Positions 52,513 to 60,412 of a stretch of DNA of 64,000 bases are shown here, piece after piece; position 1 is the first letter of the stretch, and each line of letters starts with the position of its first letter. The notes below the pieces were generated by a model. It was not told the origin of the DNA and searched no databases. It saw only the letters and a list, made by a program, of their open reading frames with translations. The translations under genes and the position numbers were made by a program. Origin of the DNA: a virus; the IMG/VR virus record IMGVR_UViG_3300042445_001340, positions 4,668 to 68,667 of that record. One strand, written 5' to 3'.

Positions 52513-52583
52513 CCATAATTTAACACACTAAACTACTTAGGCTGCAATAGGAGCCATTGTTCGCCTAATGTGTTAAATTATGG
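52513..52583 (-). ncRNA. Stem-enclosed RNA cassette H
   Basis: CCAUAAUUUAACACAUUAG/UUAGUGUGUUAAAUUAUGG. Confidence 0.6.
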
Positions 52584-52754
52584 TGGATCGGGCAGGACTC
52601 GAACCTGCTACAATAAATTATACAACACACGACCATGTATTCGAACTCAGGCTGAATTGTAGCTGATTACGCCGTTGCAGGGCCAGGGTCAACTATCTAC
52701 ATTCAAAAGTGTTGTATGCCGGCTTTGTGCTTTAACCATATAAGCTACCGATCC
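52581..52754 (-). ncRNA. 174-nt tRNA-scaffolded RNA with ~100 extra nt replacing the anticodon arm
   Basis: GGAUCGG/CCGAUCC-ACCA, D arm GCUU/AAGC, T arm GCAGG-UUCGAGU-CCUGC; insert closed by AUACAACAC/GUGUUGUAU. Confidence 0.8.
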
Positions 52755-52839
52755 ATATAAAAACACATTTAAACCGTCCTTCAACGCTAGTCGCTATCTC
52801 CCTTACTAGAGGGCGGAACAGTATGTGCTTTTATATGGA
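52752..52839 (-). ncRNA. Stem-enclosed RNA cassette I
   Basis: 17-bp UCCAUAUAAAAGCACAU/AUGUGUUUUUAUAUGGA. Confidence 0.65.
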
Positions 52840-52859
52840 GACACTCCCTAAAGTGTCCC

Positions 52860-53025
52860 AATATAGTCTTGTGTCAGGATGACAGTCCTGCTGTATCTTA
52901 GAATATCCAAACATTCCCTCTACAGCGGCGGGACGTTTATTTTACAAAGACGGGGCTTTCACCCGTTTCGACCGAAGTGTGCTGCTAACCACTAGGGATG
53001 TGGCAACAAGCATGGCGGGACTTAT
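52860..53025 (-). ncRNA. Two tandem candidate RNAs, each starting GUCCCGCC
   Basis: Motif at 53021-53014 and 52934-52927, each followed by long hairpins. Confidence 0.5.
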
Positions 53026-53223
53026 TTAGTTAGTACTTTTATATACTTTGATTGCTTCAGCATCTAAGCTAGCATAAACACGAAACTTGTCTCGACCTAC
53101 TCGATCATAAAGATCGCCTGCCATGCACTCTAGCCGCACAAGTTTCTCGATTGAAATTAGTGTGCAGTTAACGTAGCGTGACATAAAAGCATTTATAAGA
53201 AAGTCGCGTGAATAGCCACTCAT
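53026..53223 (-). CDS. Small hypothetical protein
   Basis: YSRDFLINAFMSRY...YDRVGRDKFRVYASLDA; SD ggag. Confidence 0.6.
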   Translation of the reverse strand: MSGYSRDFLINAFMSRYVNCTLISIEKLVRLECMAGDLYDRVGRDKFRVYASLDAEAIKVYKSTN

Positions 53224-53235
53224 AAGTTCTCCAAA

Positions 53236-53580
53236 TCAGTCTATATTATAAAGCATTTCGGCTACTTCGTCAAGTGTTAAAACACGAATCTTAGTATCGC
53301 CGCGATCATCGGCCTGTTTTAGCCAATTTGCTAATACTCCGTGCATTAAGCCACTCAAGTGGTAGTTGTTGTTATGACAGCGGTATGTGCTGCCTGAATA
53401 ACCGTCGAACTCAAACCAGTCTTCAACCTTACGTGTAACAGTAATGCCACTATTAAGTTTCCAGCAATTCGACCCAGCAAAGCCGCCGTACCAGCCAGCA
53501 AATACTTTGCGGATTGGTGTTTCAAGTTCAGGTGCGTCAAATTCTAGCACAACCCAAACGTCTGGTGTATAGGTACTCAT
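53236..53580 (-). CDS. Conserved phage protein
   Basis: YTPDVWVV...KVFAGWYGGFAGSNCWKLNSGI...FDGYSGSTYRC. Confidence 0.75.
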   Translation of the reverse strand: MSTYTPDVWVVLEFDAPELETPIRKVFAGWYGGFAGSNCWKLNSGITVTRKVEDWFEFDGYSGSTYRCHNNNYHLSGLMHGVLANWLKQADDRGDTKIRVLTLDEVAEMLYNID

Positions 53581-53642
53581 ATTATTTCTCCAAATCAGAC
53601 TATATTATAATCTGATTTAAGCAAATGTTCAAGTTTGAATTT

Positions 53643-53717
53643 TGGTACGCCGTGCAGGAATCGAACCCGCATAAAGGGCTTAGAAGACCCGTGTATTATC
53701 CGTTATACGAACAGCGT
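53643..53717 (-). tRNA. tRNA-Arg(TCT)
   Basis: Loop CTTCTAA. Confidence 0.9.
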
Positions 53718-53722
53718 ATTGT

Positions 53723-54181
53723 TTACATTTTTACAGTAACTGGGCCATATGGTACAAACAGTTCAGCTTCAAACATCTGCACAAGTTCAGGGTCCATGTA
53801 CTCAAAGTTGTCTGGAATGTTTAGCACAATAGCTTTAGATTCTATTTGTTCCAACAATTCACGATGACCCAAAAAGTTATCTTCCAGTTGCCACTGATTT
53901 TCGCCGTTAACAAACACAATCTTTTCTGCCCAGTTAATCAAGTTGGCACTACAAGGAATCAGGGCGTAGTTAAAGTTTGAACCACAACTACGTGCATTGA
54001 TTCCACGCTGTACAGCTAGAGCAGCGCCGGTTGGGCTTCGCAAGAGGCCAGCACTGCACACAAACAACCAACGAGGACGATCACTTTGAAAGTGATTGGC
54101 ATAAGGTGCTGTAGTTTTAAAGATAGTGTCATTTTTAGTACCGGCTGCAAATTCGCGTAAGTTTGGGTTAGTTGGATTCAT
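53723..54181 (-). CDS. Low-molecular-weight protein-tyrosine-phosphatase-like protein
   Basis: LFVCSAGLLRSPT (CX5R loop), LNIPDNFEYMDPEL. Confidence 0.8.
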   Translation of the reverse strand: MNPTNPNLREFAAGTKNDTIFKTTAPYANHFQSDRPRWLFVCSAGLLRSPTGAALAVQRGINARSCGSNFNYALIPCSANLINWAEKIVFVNGENQWQLEDNFLGHRELLEQIESKAIVLNIPDNFEYMDPELVQMFEAELFVPYGPVTVKM

Positions 54182-54185
54182 GGTA

Positions 54186-55193
54186 TTATGTTAGTTGTTT
54201 GATTAGTTGAGTGCTTGATAAGTTTTTTTGTTTTGATTCACACATTATATCAGCGTGTGAACTAAAAGTCAAGGCCCAGCTATTCACTGCTGAATTCCAG
54301 TAGTAGTCGCTGTGGGCACGAAGTTTAGCTGCTGTAAAGCCTAGAGCTTTGAGTTGTTGCAAATCTGGTCTAGTGCTTGGATCGTGTTCAACCAAGCAAT
54401 CTTCACGGCTGACACTATAGTGTATAACAGGACGCACACCGCGCCAGCTATCGCACACACGCTTAAAACGTTGATCAGTAGGTTCAATGTATTCTCCGGT
54501 GTTAATCCAGTGGTGGTGAATGTCAAGCACTAAGGCACAGGTGTCTACCAGCTCTAGACTTGCATCAAGACCCCAGGTAAACTCGGCATTTTCGATTGTT
54601 AAACAATTGCGTGCTTCGGGACTAAGACGACGCATAGCAGCTTTGATACCTTGTGGGCCTAGCTTACCACCAACGTGCACATTGCATTTGAAGTCTTGAA
54701 ATGTTTTGCCATAACCCATATAACGAATTAAGTCGGCATGATACTCGAACTCGGTAATTGAATTCTCAACAACACCAGGATTCTCCGATGCAAGCACACA
54801 AAACTGGCCTGGATGGAAACTCAGTCGAATATCGTGTTCGCGAGCAAACTCGCCACACATGGCTAAGTGAGCTTCAATCTTGGCAATAACGTCTGGCTGA
54901 AAGTAAAAAGGCATATAGTCATCATGAGTATATGCTGGTAGCAAGTCACTGGTAATACGAAACATACGCTGGTTTGCTGGCTGCTTGGCAACCCACTTCA
55001 ACTGACGATAGAACGCATTTAGGTTGTGATCTAGCAAACCCCACAACTTGGCACGTGTTGCATCCTCAGTCTGGCGAGCCAAGTATGTAATGGTTGTGGA
55101 CTTGGTATTCAAGTCTGGGTGTGCAGTATCGTGTTCAGTTTGGATTTTGCAAGCAAAACCAATGCGCTTGATATTTGGATTAAATGAGTTCAT
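54186..55193 (-). CDS. uvsE: UV-damage endonuclease
   Basis: RIGFAC, RLSFHPGQF, NVHVGG, LTIEN, VLDIHHH, RAHSD, MCESKQK. Confidence 0.9.
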   Translation of the reverse strand: MNSFNPNIKRIGFACKIQTEHDTAHPDLNTKSTTITYLARQTEDATRAKLWGLLDHNLNAFYRQLKWVAKQPANQRMFRITSDLLPAYTHDDYMPFYFQPDVIAKIEAHLAMCGEFAREHDIRLSFHPGQFCVLASENPGVVENSITEFEYHADLIRYMGYGKTFQDFKCNVHVGGKLGPQGIKAAMRRLSPEARNCLTIENAEFTWGLDASLELVDTCALVLDIHHHWINTGEYIEPTDQRFKRVCDSWRGVRPVIHYSVSREDCLVEHDPSTRPDLQQLKALGFTAAKLRAHSDYYWNSAVNSWALTFSSHADIMCESKQKNLSSTQLIKQLT

Positions 55194-55237
55194 AGTGACA
55201 ATTATATCAAATATAACAGACTATGTCAAATGTAAAA

Positions 55238-55471
55238 TTAACGACCAACTAACCCAAAGCAGATTCGGCAAACTGGAAAATCATCGGTGTCGGTTTTATG
55301 ATCAGTGCCCCAGATACCGCAGTGTGAACATTCTTTTACCCAATGTTCTAGCAGGTAATCATCGACATCTTCTATGTCAACGCCTGCGTCGTGGCAGGCT
55401 TGGGTTAGGGTCTTGCGAGTACCGGTTAGCTGTTTAGTTAGTCTGCGGTAGTTTGGGTTTGTATCTGTCAT
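55238..55471 (-). CDS. Small Zn-ribbon protein
   Basis: CSHC...CRIC. Confidence 0.6.
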   Translation of the reverse strand: MTDTNPNYRRLTKQLTGTRKTLTQACHDAGVDIEDVDDYLLEHWVKECSHCGIWGTDHKTDTDDFPVCRICFGLVGR

Positions 55472-55832
55472 CTAGGTGGGGGTGAGTTTTCTCAAATTCT
55501 AGTAGGAACATAATACAGCAGGCTGCATGAGCCAAGTGCGATAGGCCCGATTCAGGGTCACAGTCTTCACCATCATTAAATGCTGTAATGTGTCGCATTG
55601 CTGCGGCTAAGGGTCGGCTCCAGGCAAAGCCTGCACGCCAGTTGTGGGCTGCGTACTTTTCTGCACCAAAAGCCAACACAGCTGCTGTTTGGTTCATGGC
55701 TTCAGTACTCAGCAAGTTAAGTGGTAGTTTGTTTTGGTCGAATTTTAGTGCAGTTCCAGCAGGCATTTTATCCTCGGGTTGTGGAAATTCACCAAATACT
55801 TGTTTGTGTTCGAGGTCTTCTAGTTTAGGCAT
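55434..55832 (-). CDS. dATP/dGTP diphosphohydrolase-domain protein (DUF5664-like)
   Basis: KFDQNK...GAEKYAAHNW...AAMRH...GEDCDPESGLSHLAHAACC. Confidence 0.85.
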   Translation of the reverse strand: MPKLEDLEHKQVFGEFPQPEDKMPAGTALKFDQNKLPLNLLSTEAMNQTAAVLAFGAEKYAAHNWRAGFAWSRPLAAAMRHITAFNDGEDCDPESGLSHLAHAACCIMFLLEFEKTHPHLDDRYKPKLPQTN

Positions 55833-55980
55833 TGTTTTGTGTTGGTTTAGGTTTTAGTAGAGCACACACTTTAGCTGGGCTGATTTCTTTTACGTCTACT
55901 AGCGGCTCTAATTTGTTGCGCTTGCAATAAACAAGGTACGCTTGTAGTGAGTAGGTTTTAATAAACTCGCTGAATTTCAT
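55825..55980 (-). CDS. Small hypothetical protein
   Basis: MKFSEFIK... downstream of the promoter at 56012-56040. Confidence 0.45.
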   Translation of the reverse strand: MKFSEFIKTYSLQAYLVYCKRNKLEPLVDVKEISPAKVCALLKPKPTQNNA

Positions 55981-56011
55981 AAATAAAAATCCCAGATGTG
56001 CTAGAGTAGTA

Positions 56012-56113
56012 ATTATATCACGGCGGTACCACCAAGTCAATACAAAATTTTCTTATGCTGATTGGCGCAGGCAAAATTTTTGACTTGTTTACGCAATGTG
56101 TTTGAGTTATAAT
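56012..56113. promoter_or_regulatory. Divergent sigma70 promoter pair at the strand switch
   Basis: Minus: TTGACT-17-TATAAT; plus: TTGTTT-17-TATAAT. Confidence 0.7.
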
Positions 56114-56143
56114 GTAACTTCACGCATAATTTTAAAAGAAAAT

Positions 56144-56407
56144 ATGGATATTAATCTGCTCGTACAACGATTAAAACACGGAGATAGTTATATCGTGCAA
56201 GATGGGGATAATGATCCTTATCAAGTAAATACTCCCCCAACACATATAACTATTAAAGCAGCAGATGTTATAGTTGCTTTACACAATCAAACTCAACAGT
56301 CTAACGAAGCTATGCTTAATTTGCAGCGTCAATTACAAGAATTAACACAAGTTTATGAAACACTTCGAAATTCTAGTTCTACTACAGCACCTAGCAGAGA
56401 AGCTTGA
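56144..56407 (+). CDS. Hypothetical coiled-coil protein
   Basis: MDINLLVQRL... Confidence 0.55.
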   Translation: MDINLLVQRLKHGDSYIVQDGDNDPYQVNTPPTHITIKAADVIVALHNQTQQSNEAMLNLQRQLQELTQVYETLRNSSSTTAPSREA

Positions 56408-56466
56408 TAATGGTGGAGGCACTGCACTAGAGCAACGTAGCTTTGACTGTATAATGGAGATCTTAA

Positions 56467-56928
56467 ATGAAAACATTCAAACTAGGACTACTAGCACTTG
56501 CGCTGCTGAGCAGTATAGGGCTTGGAACTGGTTCCCTGGTAACACCAAAAACCCAGTATGCTAGCAGAATAGAAATAAACTGTTTGGCCAAGAATATCTA
56601 TCACGAAGCTCGTGGTGAATCACTGCAAGGACAAATTGCTGTTGCACAAGTTACTGTTAATCGTGTTGTTAGTGGTAAGTTTCAAAACAATATCTGCAAT
56701 GTTGTTTATGCTCCCAGTCAATTTTCGTGGACTATTGGCCGCACAAAAAAGATCAAGGACACTAAAGCCTGGGAAGCGTCAGTGGCCATTGCTACTGCTG
56801 TACTAACTAAATCAATAGACTTGCCAAACTTTAAAGCCCTTTACTTTCATACCAAACAAGTTAGACCAAGCTGGAAATACAGCAAGCGTGTGGTAGCTGT
56901 TATTGGAAATCATATTTTTTACAGTTGA
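56467..56928 (+). CDS. SleB-like cell wall hydrolase with N-terminal anchor
   Basis: CLAKNIYHEARGE...AVAQVTVNRV...QFSW...YFH...IGNHIFY. Confidence 0.9.
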   Translation: MKTFKLGLLALALLSSIGLGTGSLVTPKTQYASRIEINCLAKNIYHEARGESLQGQIAVAQVTVNRVVSGKFQNNICNVVYAPSQFSWTIGRTKKIKDTKAWEASVAIATAVLTKSIDLPNFKALYFHTKQVRPSWKYSKRVVAVIGNHIFYS

Positions 56929-56975
56929 ACGCTATAGCTTAATGTGTTATAATAAACACATTAAGGAACAAATTT

Positions 56976-57731
56976 ATGAAAATCAGACTACTTTCAGACT
57001 TGCACACAGAATTCCGTTTGCCTTACAAAACTCACGCTATGAGTGAATATCGTGGGGAAGATGTGCTTGTGCTTGCAGGCGACATTGCATCAGGCTCAAC
57101 CAACACAATGGACGTCATCAAACACTTCTTGGACTGCGGTTTCCCAGAAATCGTGTATGTGCCAGGCAACCACGAGTACTATGGTACTGGTTTTGACGAG
57201 TTCAACACTAAAATGGAAAACAAGTGCTTTGAGTTTGACAACGTGCACTTTTTAAATCCAGGCACTGTGACTATCAAAGGCGTGCAATTTGTTGGGGGCA
57301 CACTGTGGACTAACTTTGACGCTAATCCATTTAGCCAGTCAGCAGCCAAGCGCGGCATTAACGACTTCAGAGTAATCAGAGACTTTGATGTTAACCGCTG
57401 TGCACAAACTTACTACCAACACCTTGACTATATCAAAGACCAATACGAACAACGTAACGACCGCAAGGTCGTGGTTGTCACACACTTTTTGCCAGCTCGT
57501 GAGTGCATTGCACCACGGTGGCGTGGAGCAAACTTACTAAATGACTACTTTGCTAACAATCTTGGTGAGTATATTGCCACTATGTCTGATACTACTTGGC
57601 TTTTTGGACACACTCATGATGCTACTGATATTGTGCTTGGTGATACTCGTGTGGTTGCTAATCCTCATGGCTACTACAATGCACTAAATGACGGTGTTGG
57701 TTTTGACCCATTTAAAACTATTGAGGTCTAA
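56976..57731 (+). CDS. Metallophosphoesterase
   Basis: SDLHTE, LAGDI, PGNHEYY, TLWT, VTHFLP, GHTH, NPHGY. Confidence 0.9.
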   Translation: MKIRLLSDLHTEFRLPYKTHAMSEYRGEDVLVLAGDIASGSTNTMDVIKHFLDCGFPEIVYVPGNHEYYGTGFDEFNTKMENKCFEFDNVHFLNPGTVTIKGVQFVGGTLWTNFDANPFSQSAAKRGINDFRVIRDFDVNRCAQTYYQHLDYIKDQYEQRNDRKVVVVTHFLPARECIAPRWRGANLLNDYFANNLGEYIATMSDTTWLFGHTHDATDIVLGDTRVVANPHGYYNALNDGVGFDPFKTIEV

Positions 57732-57732
57732 A

Positions 57733-57906
57733 GTGCCTAAAAACTTAAACGACTACATACACAATATGTTATTTGCACTGCTTGGCAGTCAAGAACTGAT
57801 TGCCAAGTGGTGGACTAGCCCCAATGCCGCGTTTAGTGGTCAATGCCCACAAGACGTTGACGAAAATACAGTTAAAAATTACCTAGAAAGCCACTGCTTT
57901 AGATGA
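57733..57906 (+). CDS. Small protein resembling an MbcA/ParS-type antitoxin C-terminal domain
   Basis: LLGSQELIAKWWTSPNAAFSGQCP...VKNYL. Confidence 0.5.
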   Translation: MPKNLNDYIHNMLFALLGSQELIAKWWTSPNAAFSGQCPQDVDENTVKNYLESHCFR

Positions 57907-58829
57907 AAATCGCACAAGAACTTATTACAGCACGTATCCTAGCCGATTCAGTTGCACCTGATGGTAGTCGTATGACCACCATGGAAATTGAGTACCCACG
58001 ATTTGTGTTAGCTGAACTAAACACGCATCGTATGCTTTCTAAGAATTCGGCAAGTTCACGAGCTATTCCGGTTAAGGCTATGCACCAACACATGGCGGAA
58101 AATCCTGCACAACCTGTGCACTGGGGCAGGAATCAGCCTGGTATGCAAGCCAAAGAGGAACTAACCGGCACGGATTTAACTGATGCACAATTTATGTGGC
58201 AGCGTGCACAGCAAGATGCCATGCACTGGGCTAGTCAAATGAGTGAACGTGTAGGGTTACACAAACAAGTAGCCAACCGCATCACAGAGCCTTGGATGAT
58301 TATGAAAACTGTTATCAGTGGCACAGAGTGGGCTAACTTTTGGTGGTTGCGTGCTCATGCTGATGCACAGCCAGAAATTCATGAGTTGGCTGTGAAAATG
58401 TGGGATGAATATAATCAGAGTGCTCCACAATTACTGCATCCAGGTGAATGGCACCTACCTTATGTTAAATCACACCGCTTAAGCAGTGGTGAGCTTATCT
58501 ATCTAGACGCCGATGATATGCCGATTACAGCTGAACAAGCCAAGGTCATATCGGCCAGTTGTTGTGCACAGGTCAGCTACCGTAAGTCAGACGACAGCTA
58601 TGCCAAGGCACACAAGATCTTTCGTCAGCTAATCGAATCGCAGCCTTGCCATGCCTCTCCAGTTGAACACCAAGCAACGCCAATGAACATAGACACTATG
58701 TGCCGTTTTGAGCCAGAAACTTGGGAGTCTGGTGTAACTCATGTAAGTGCCAACAGCGACTTGTGGTCAGGCAATTTGCGTGGCTGGATTCAGCATCGCA
58801 AACTTATCGCAGGAGAAGCGCAATGGTAA
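57903..58829 (+). CDS. thyX: Flavin-dependent thymidylate synthase (phage ThyX-like)
   Basis: ELNTHRMLSKNSASSRAIP, HKQVANR, LRAHADAQPEI, HASPVEH. Confidence 0.88.
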   Translation: MKIAQELITARILADSVAPDGSRMTTMEIEYPRFVLAELNTHRMLSKNSASSRAIPVKAMHQHMAENPAQPVHWGRNQPGMQAKEELTGTDLTDAQFMWQRAQQDAMHWASQMSERVGLHKQVANRITEPWMIMKTVISGTEWANFWWLRAHADAQPEIHELAVKMWDEYNQSAPQLLHPGEWHLPYVKSHRLSSGELIYLDADDMPITAEQAKVISASCCAQVSYRKSDDSYAKAHKIFRQLIESQPCHASPVEHQATPMNIDTMCRFEPETWESGVTHVSANSDLWSGNLRGWIQHRKLIAGEAQW

Positions 58830-59155
58830 ATAGCTGGATTATTACTCTTGAAGAATGTGGTGAAGACTTAGTTCTTCCGCTATCTGATGAAATACTAAAA
58901 GCCGTTGGTTGGCAAATTGGTGACACTATAACATGGGAAAAGGGAGTTGGTGAATCATGGACGCTAAAAAAGAAAAACAAAAAGCCTGAGTATGCAGAGT
59001 TTGATCGTTGGTTTAACCAACCCGAGGCTTACGGCTTAAGGTCAGAGCGTTTTTATGACTTGCTGAACAATACCCCTGACCAGCAACAACGATTTGAAAT
59101 TGCAGAGCTGTGGCTGCTGGCAGCCTGGTTAGCCGGAAAGGAACAAGCAACATGA
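58823..59155 (+). CDS. AbrB/MazE-like DNA-binding domain protein
   Basis: DLVLPLSDEILKAVGWQIGDTITW. Confidence 0.6.
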   Translation: MVNSWIITLEECGEDLVLPLSDEILKAVGWQIGDTITWEKGVGESWTLKKKNKKPEYAEFDRWFNQPEAYGLRSERFYDLLNNTPDQQQRFEIAELWLLAAWLAGKEQAT

Positions 59156-59517
59156 ACGTTGTGTTATACACCGAAGACTTTGAAGCCATTACTGTGTTAG
59201 ACTTGCCGGTGTGGTTACTAGAACAACTGGAGCGTCAAGGCAGTGTGCGTGTTGCTGTACTCAGGCCTGTGCAGTTTGCACAGCTTGATACAAGTATACC
59301 AGTTGGTTCAGTTGAGGGTCCGCAGGTAGTTACCATTTACTGCGAAAAGTTGCGTTGGCGAGATGGTTCACTTAAAACTATCTTAGTTACCAACGACGAA
59401 GAACTAGCACTGTCATTAAAACCTTTCTGGTTACCTGGGCAGCAAGCAGCTGTGCAAAGCTACCGATATGCTATTCGTCATCTTACCGAGCAACTTGTAA
59501 AAGTAATGCGAAAATAA
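59152..59517 (+). CDS. Hypothetical protein
   Basis: MNVVLYTEDFEAITVLDLP...FWLPGQ. Confidence 0.6.
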   Translation: MNVVLYTEDFEAITVLDLPVWLLEQLERQGSVRVAVLRPVQFAQLDTSIPVGSVEGPQVVTIYCEKLRWRDGSLKTILVTNDEELALSLKPFWLPGQQAAVQSYRYAIRHLTEQLVKVMRK

Positions 59518-59576
59518 ACTGTTGAAGTCTCCAGCCCATTCGTGTATAATAAACACATATTCAGGAGACTTCAATC

Positions 59577-59771
59577 ATGTATTTTTGCGTAAAATGTTCA
59601 GACGACGTAAATCCTCGGCGTTGGAGCCTGGGTCGTCATACCTGTTTGCCTTGTGGCGAAGTTGTTGCCAGACAGTTTAAGCACTGTATTGTGCCAATGG
59701 CCAAAAGCAACTACCAACCAGTTACTGATCTTTCAACACTCAAACAACTCAACAAATATGCTAGAACTTAA
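59577..59771 (+). CDS. Small C4 Zn-finger protein
   Basis: CVKC...RWSLG...CLPCG; own promoter at 59522-59550 and SD aggag. Confidence 0.7.
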   Translation: MYFCVKCSDDVNPRRWSLGRHTCLPCGEVVARQFKHCIVPMAKSNYQPVTDLSTLKQLNKYART

Positions 59772-59964
59772 AATCCAATGTGACACCGCAGAAGATGCTC
59801 GCATCTACTTAAACGCACAACAATACCATAATTTGCTGGACGACCTGCGTAATGCACTTCGCAATGCTTACAAACACGGCGATGAAGCCGATGCACTAAA
59901 AGTCTTACAAAACTTCTATCCAGACATTACCGCTGCTTGTGACCATCACGCCGGGCCTTACTAA
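59758..59964 (+). CDS. Hypothetical protein
   Basis: LRNAYKHG motif. Confidence 0.55.
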   Translation: MLELKIQCDTAEDARIYLNAQQYHNLLDDLRNALRNAYKHGDEADALKVLQNFYPDITAACDHHAGPY

Positions 59965-60097
59965 TGCTAGCCAAACTACTAGACCAAGTATTTGTTTGGT
60001 TTGTTAAAATCCTAAGCTATACGGCCTTTGGTCTAGTAGCCAGCATATGGTTGCTGGTAATCATTGCCCTGTTTGCCAACCTTTTTAAACTATTAAA

Positions 60098-60412
60098 ATG
60101 AAACACCCCAAATACAACACCACTCGTGAATTTAATCAATGGTTTTTCGACGAGCAATACCCTGAGCTGGGATCAAATCGTGCACAAGTTTACATGACCG
60201 GCAATCCACACAATCGTGAGAATCGTGACTACTGGATGCGTCAGGCATTTGTAGCAGGTGCTAACTCCATGTGGTCGGAGATTAATTTGTGCCTGCTTCA
60301 GTACGCTTGTGCGGTTGAGGGTCTAGACCCAGAACTGTTGACTCCTGCTGAAGTATTTGACCGTGCTCGTGAAAACCTAATGTGTCACATTAACCAATTG
60401 GAGCTTTTTTAA
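60098..60412 (+). CDS. Hypothetical protein
   Basis: Packed ORF. Confidence 0.55.
   Translation: MKHPKYNTTREFNQWFFDEQYPELGSNRAQVYMTGNPHNRENRDYWMRQAFVAGANSMWSEINLCLLQYACAVEGLDPELLTPAEVFDRARENLMCHINQLELF

Noticed and set aside
52620-52720. Group I intron in the tRNA-like RNA
   Set aside because: About 100 nt is too short, and no P7 core or U|...G splice boundaries are evident.
45947-52839. Clamp stems as Rho-independent terminators, MITEs or REP elements
   Set aside because: They are AU-rich, lack U-tracts, have unrelated arm sequences and no target-site duplications, and the G-U pattern is strand-specific.
45171-53717. Hammerhead, twister or HDV-like (theta) ribozymes beside tRNAs
   Set aside because: I could not find complete catalytic cores by eye. 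A covariance search is needed, so none is claimed.
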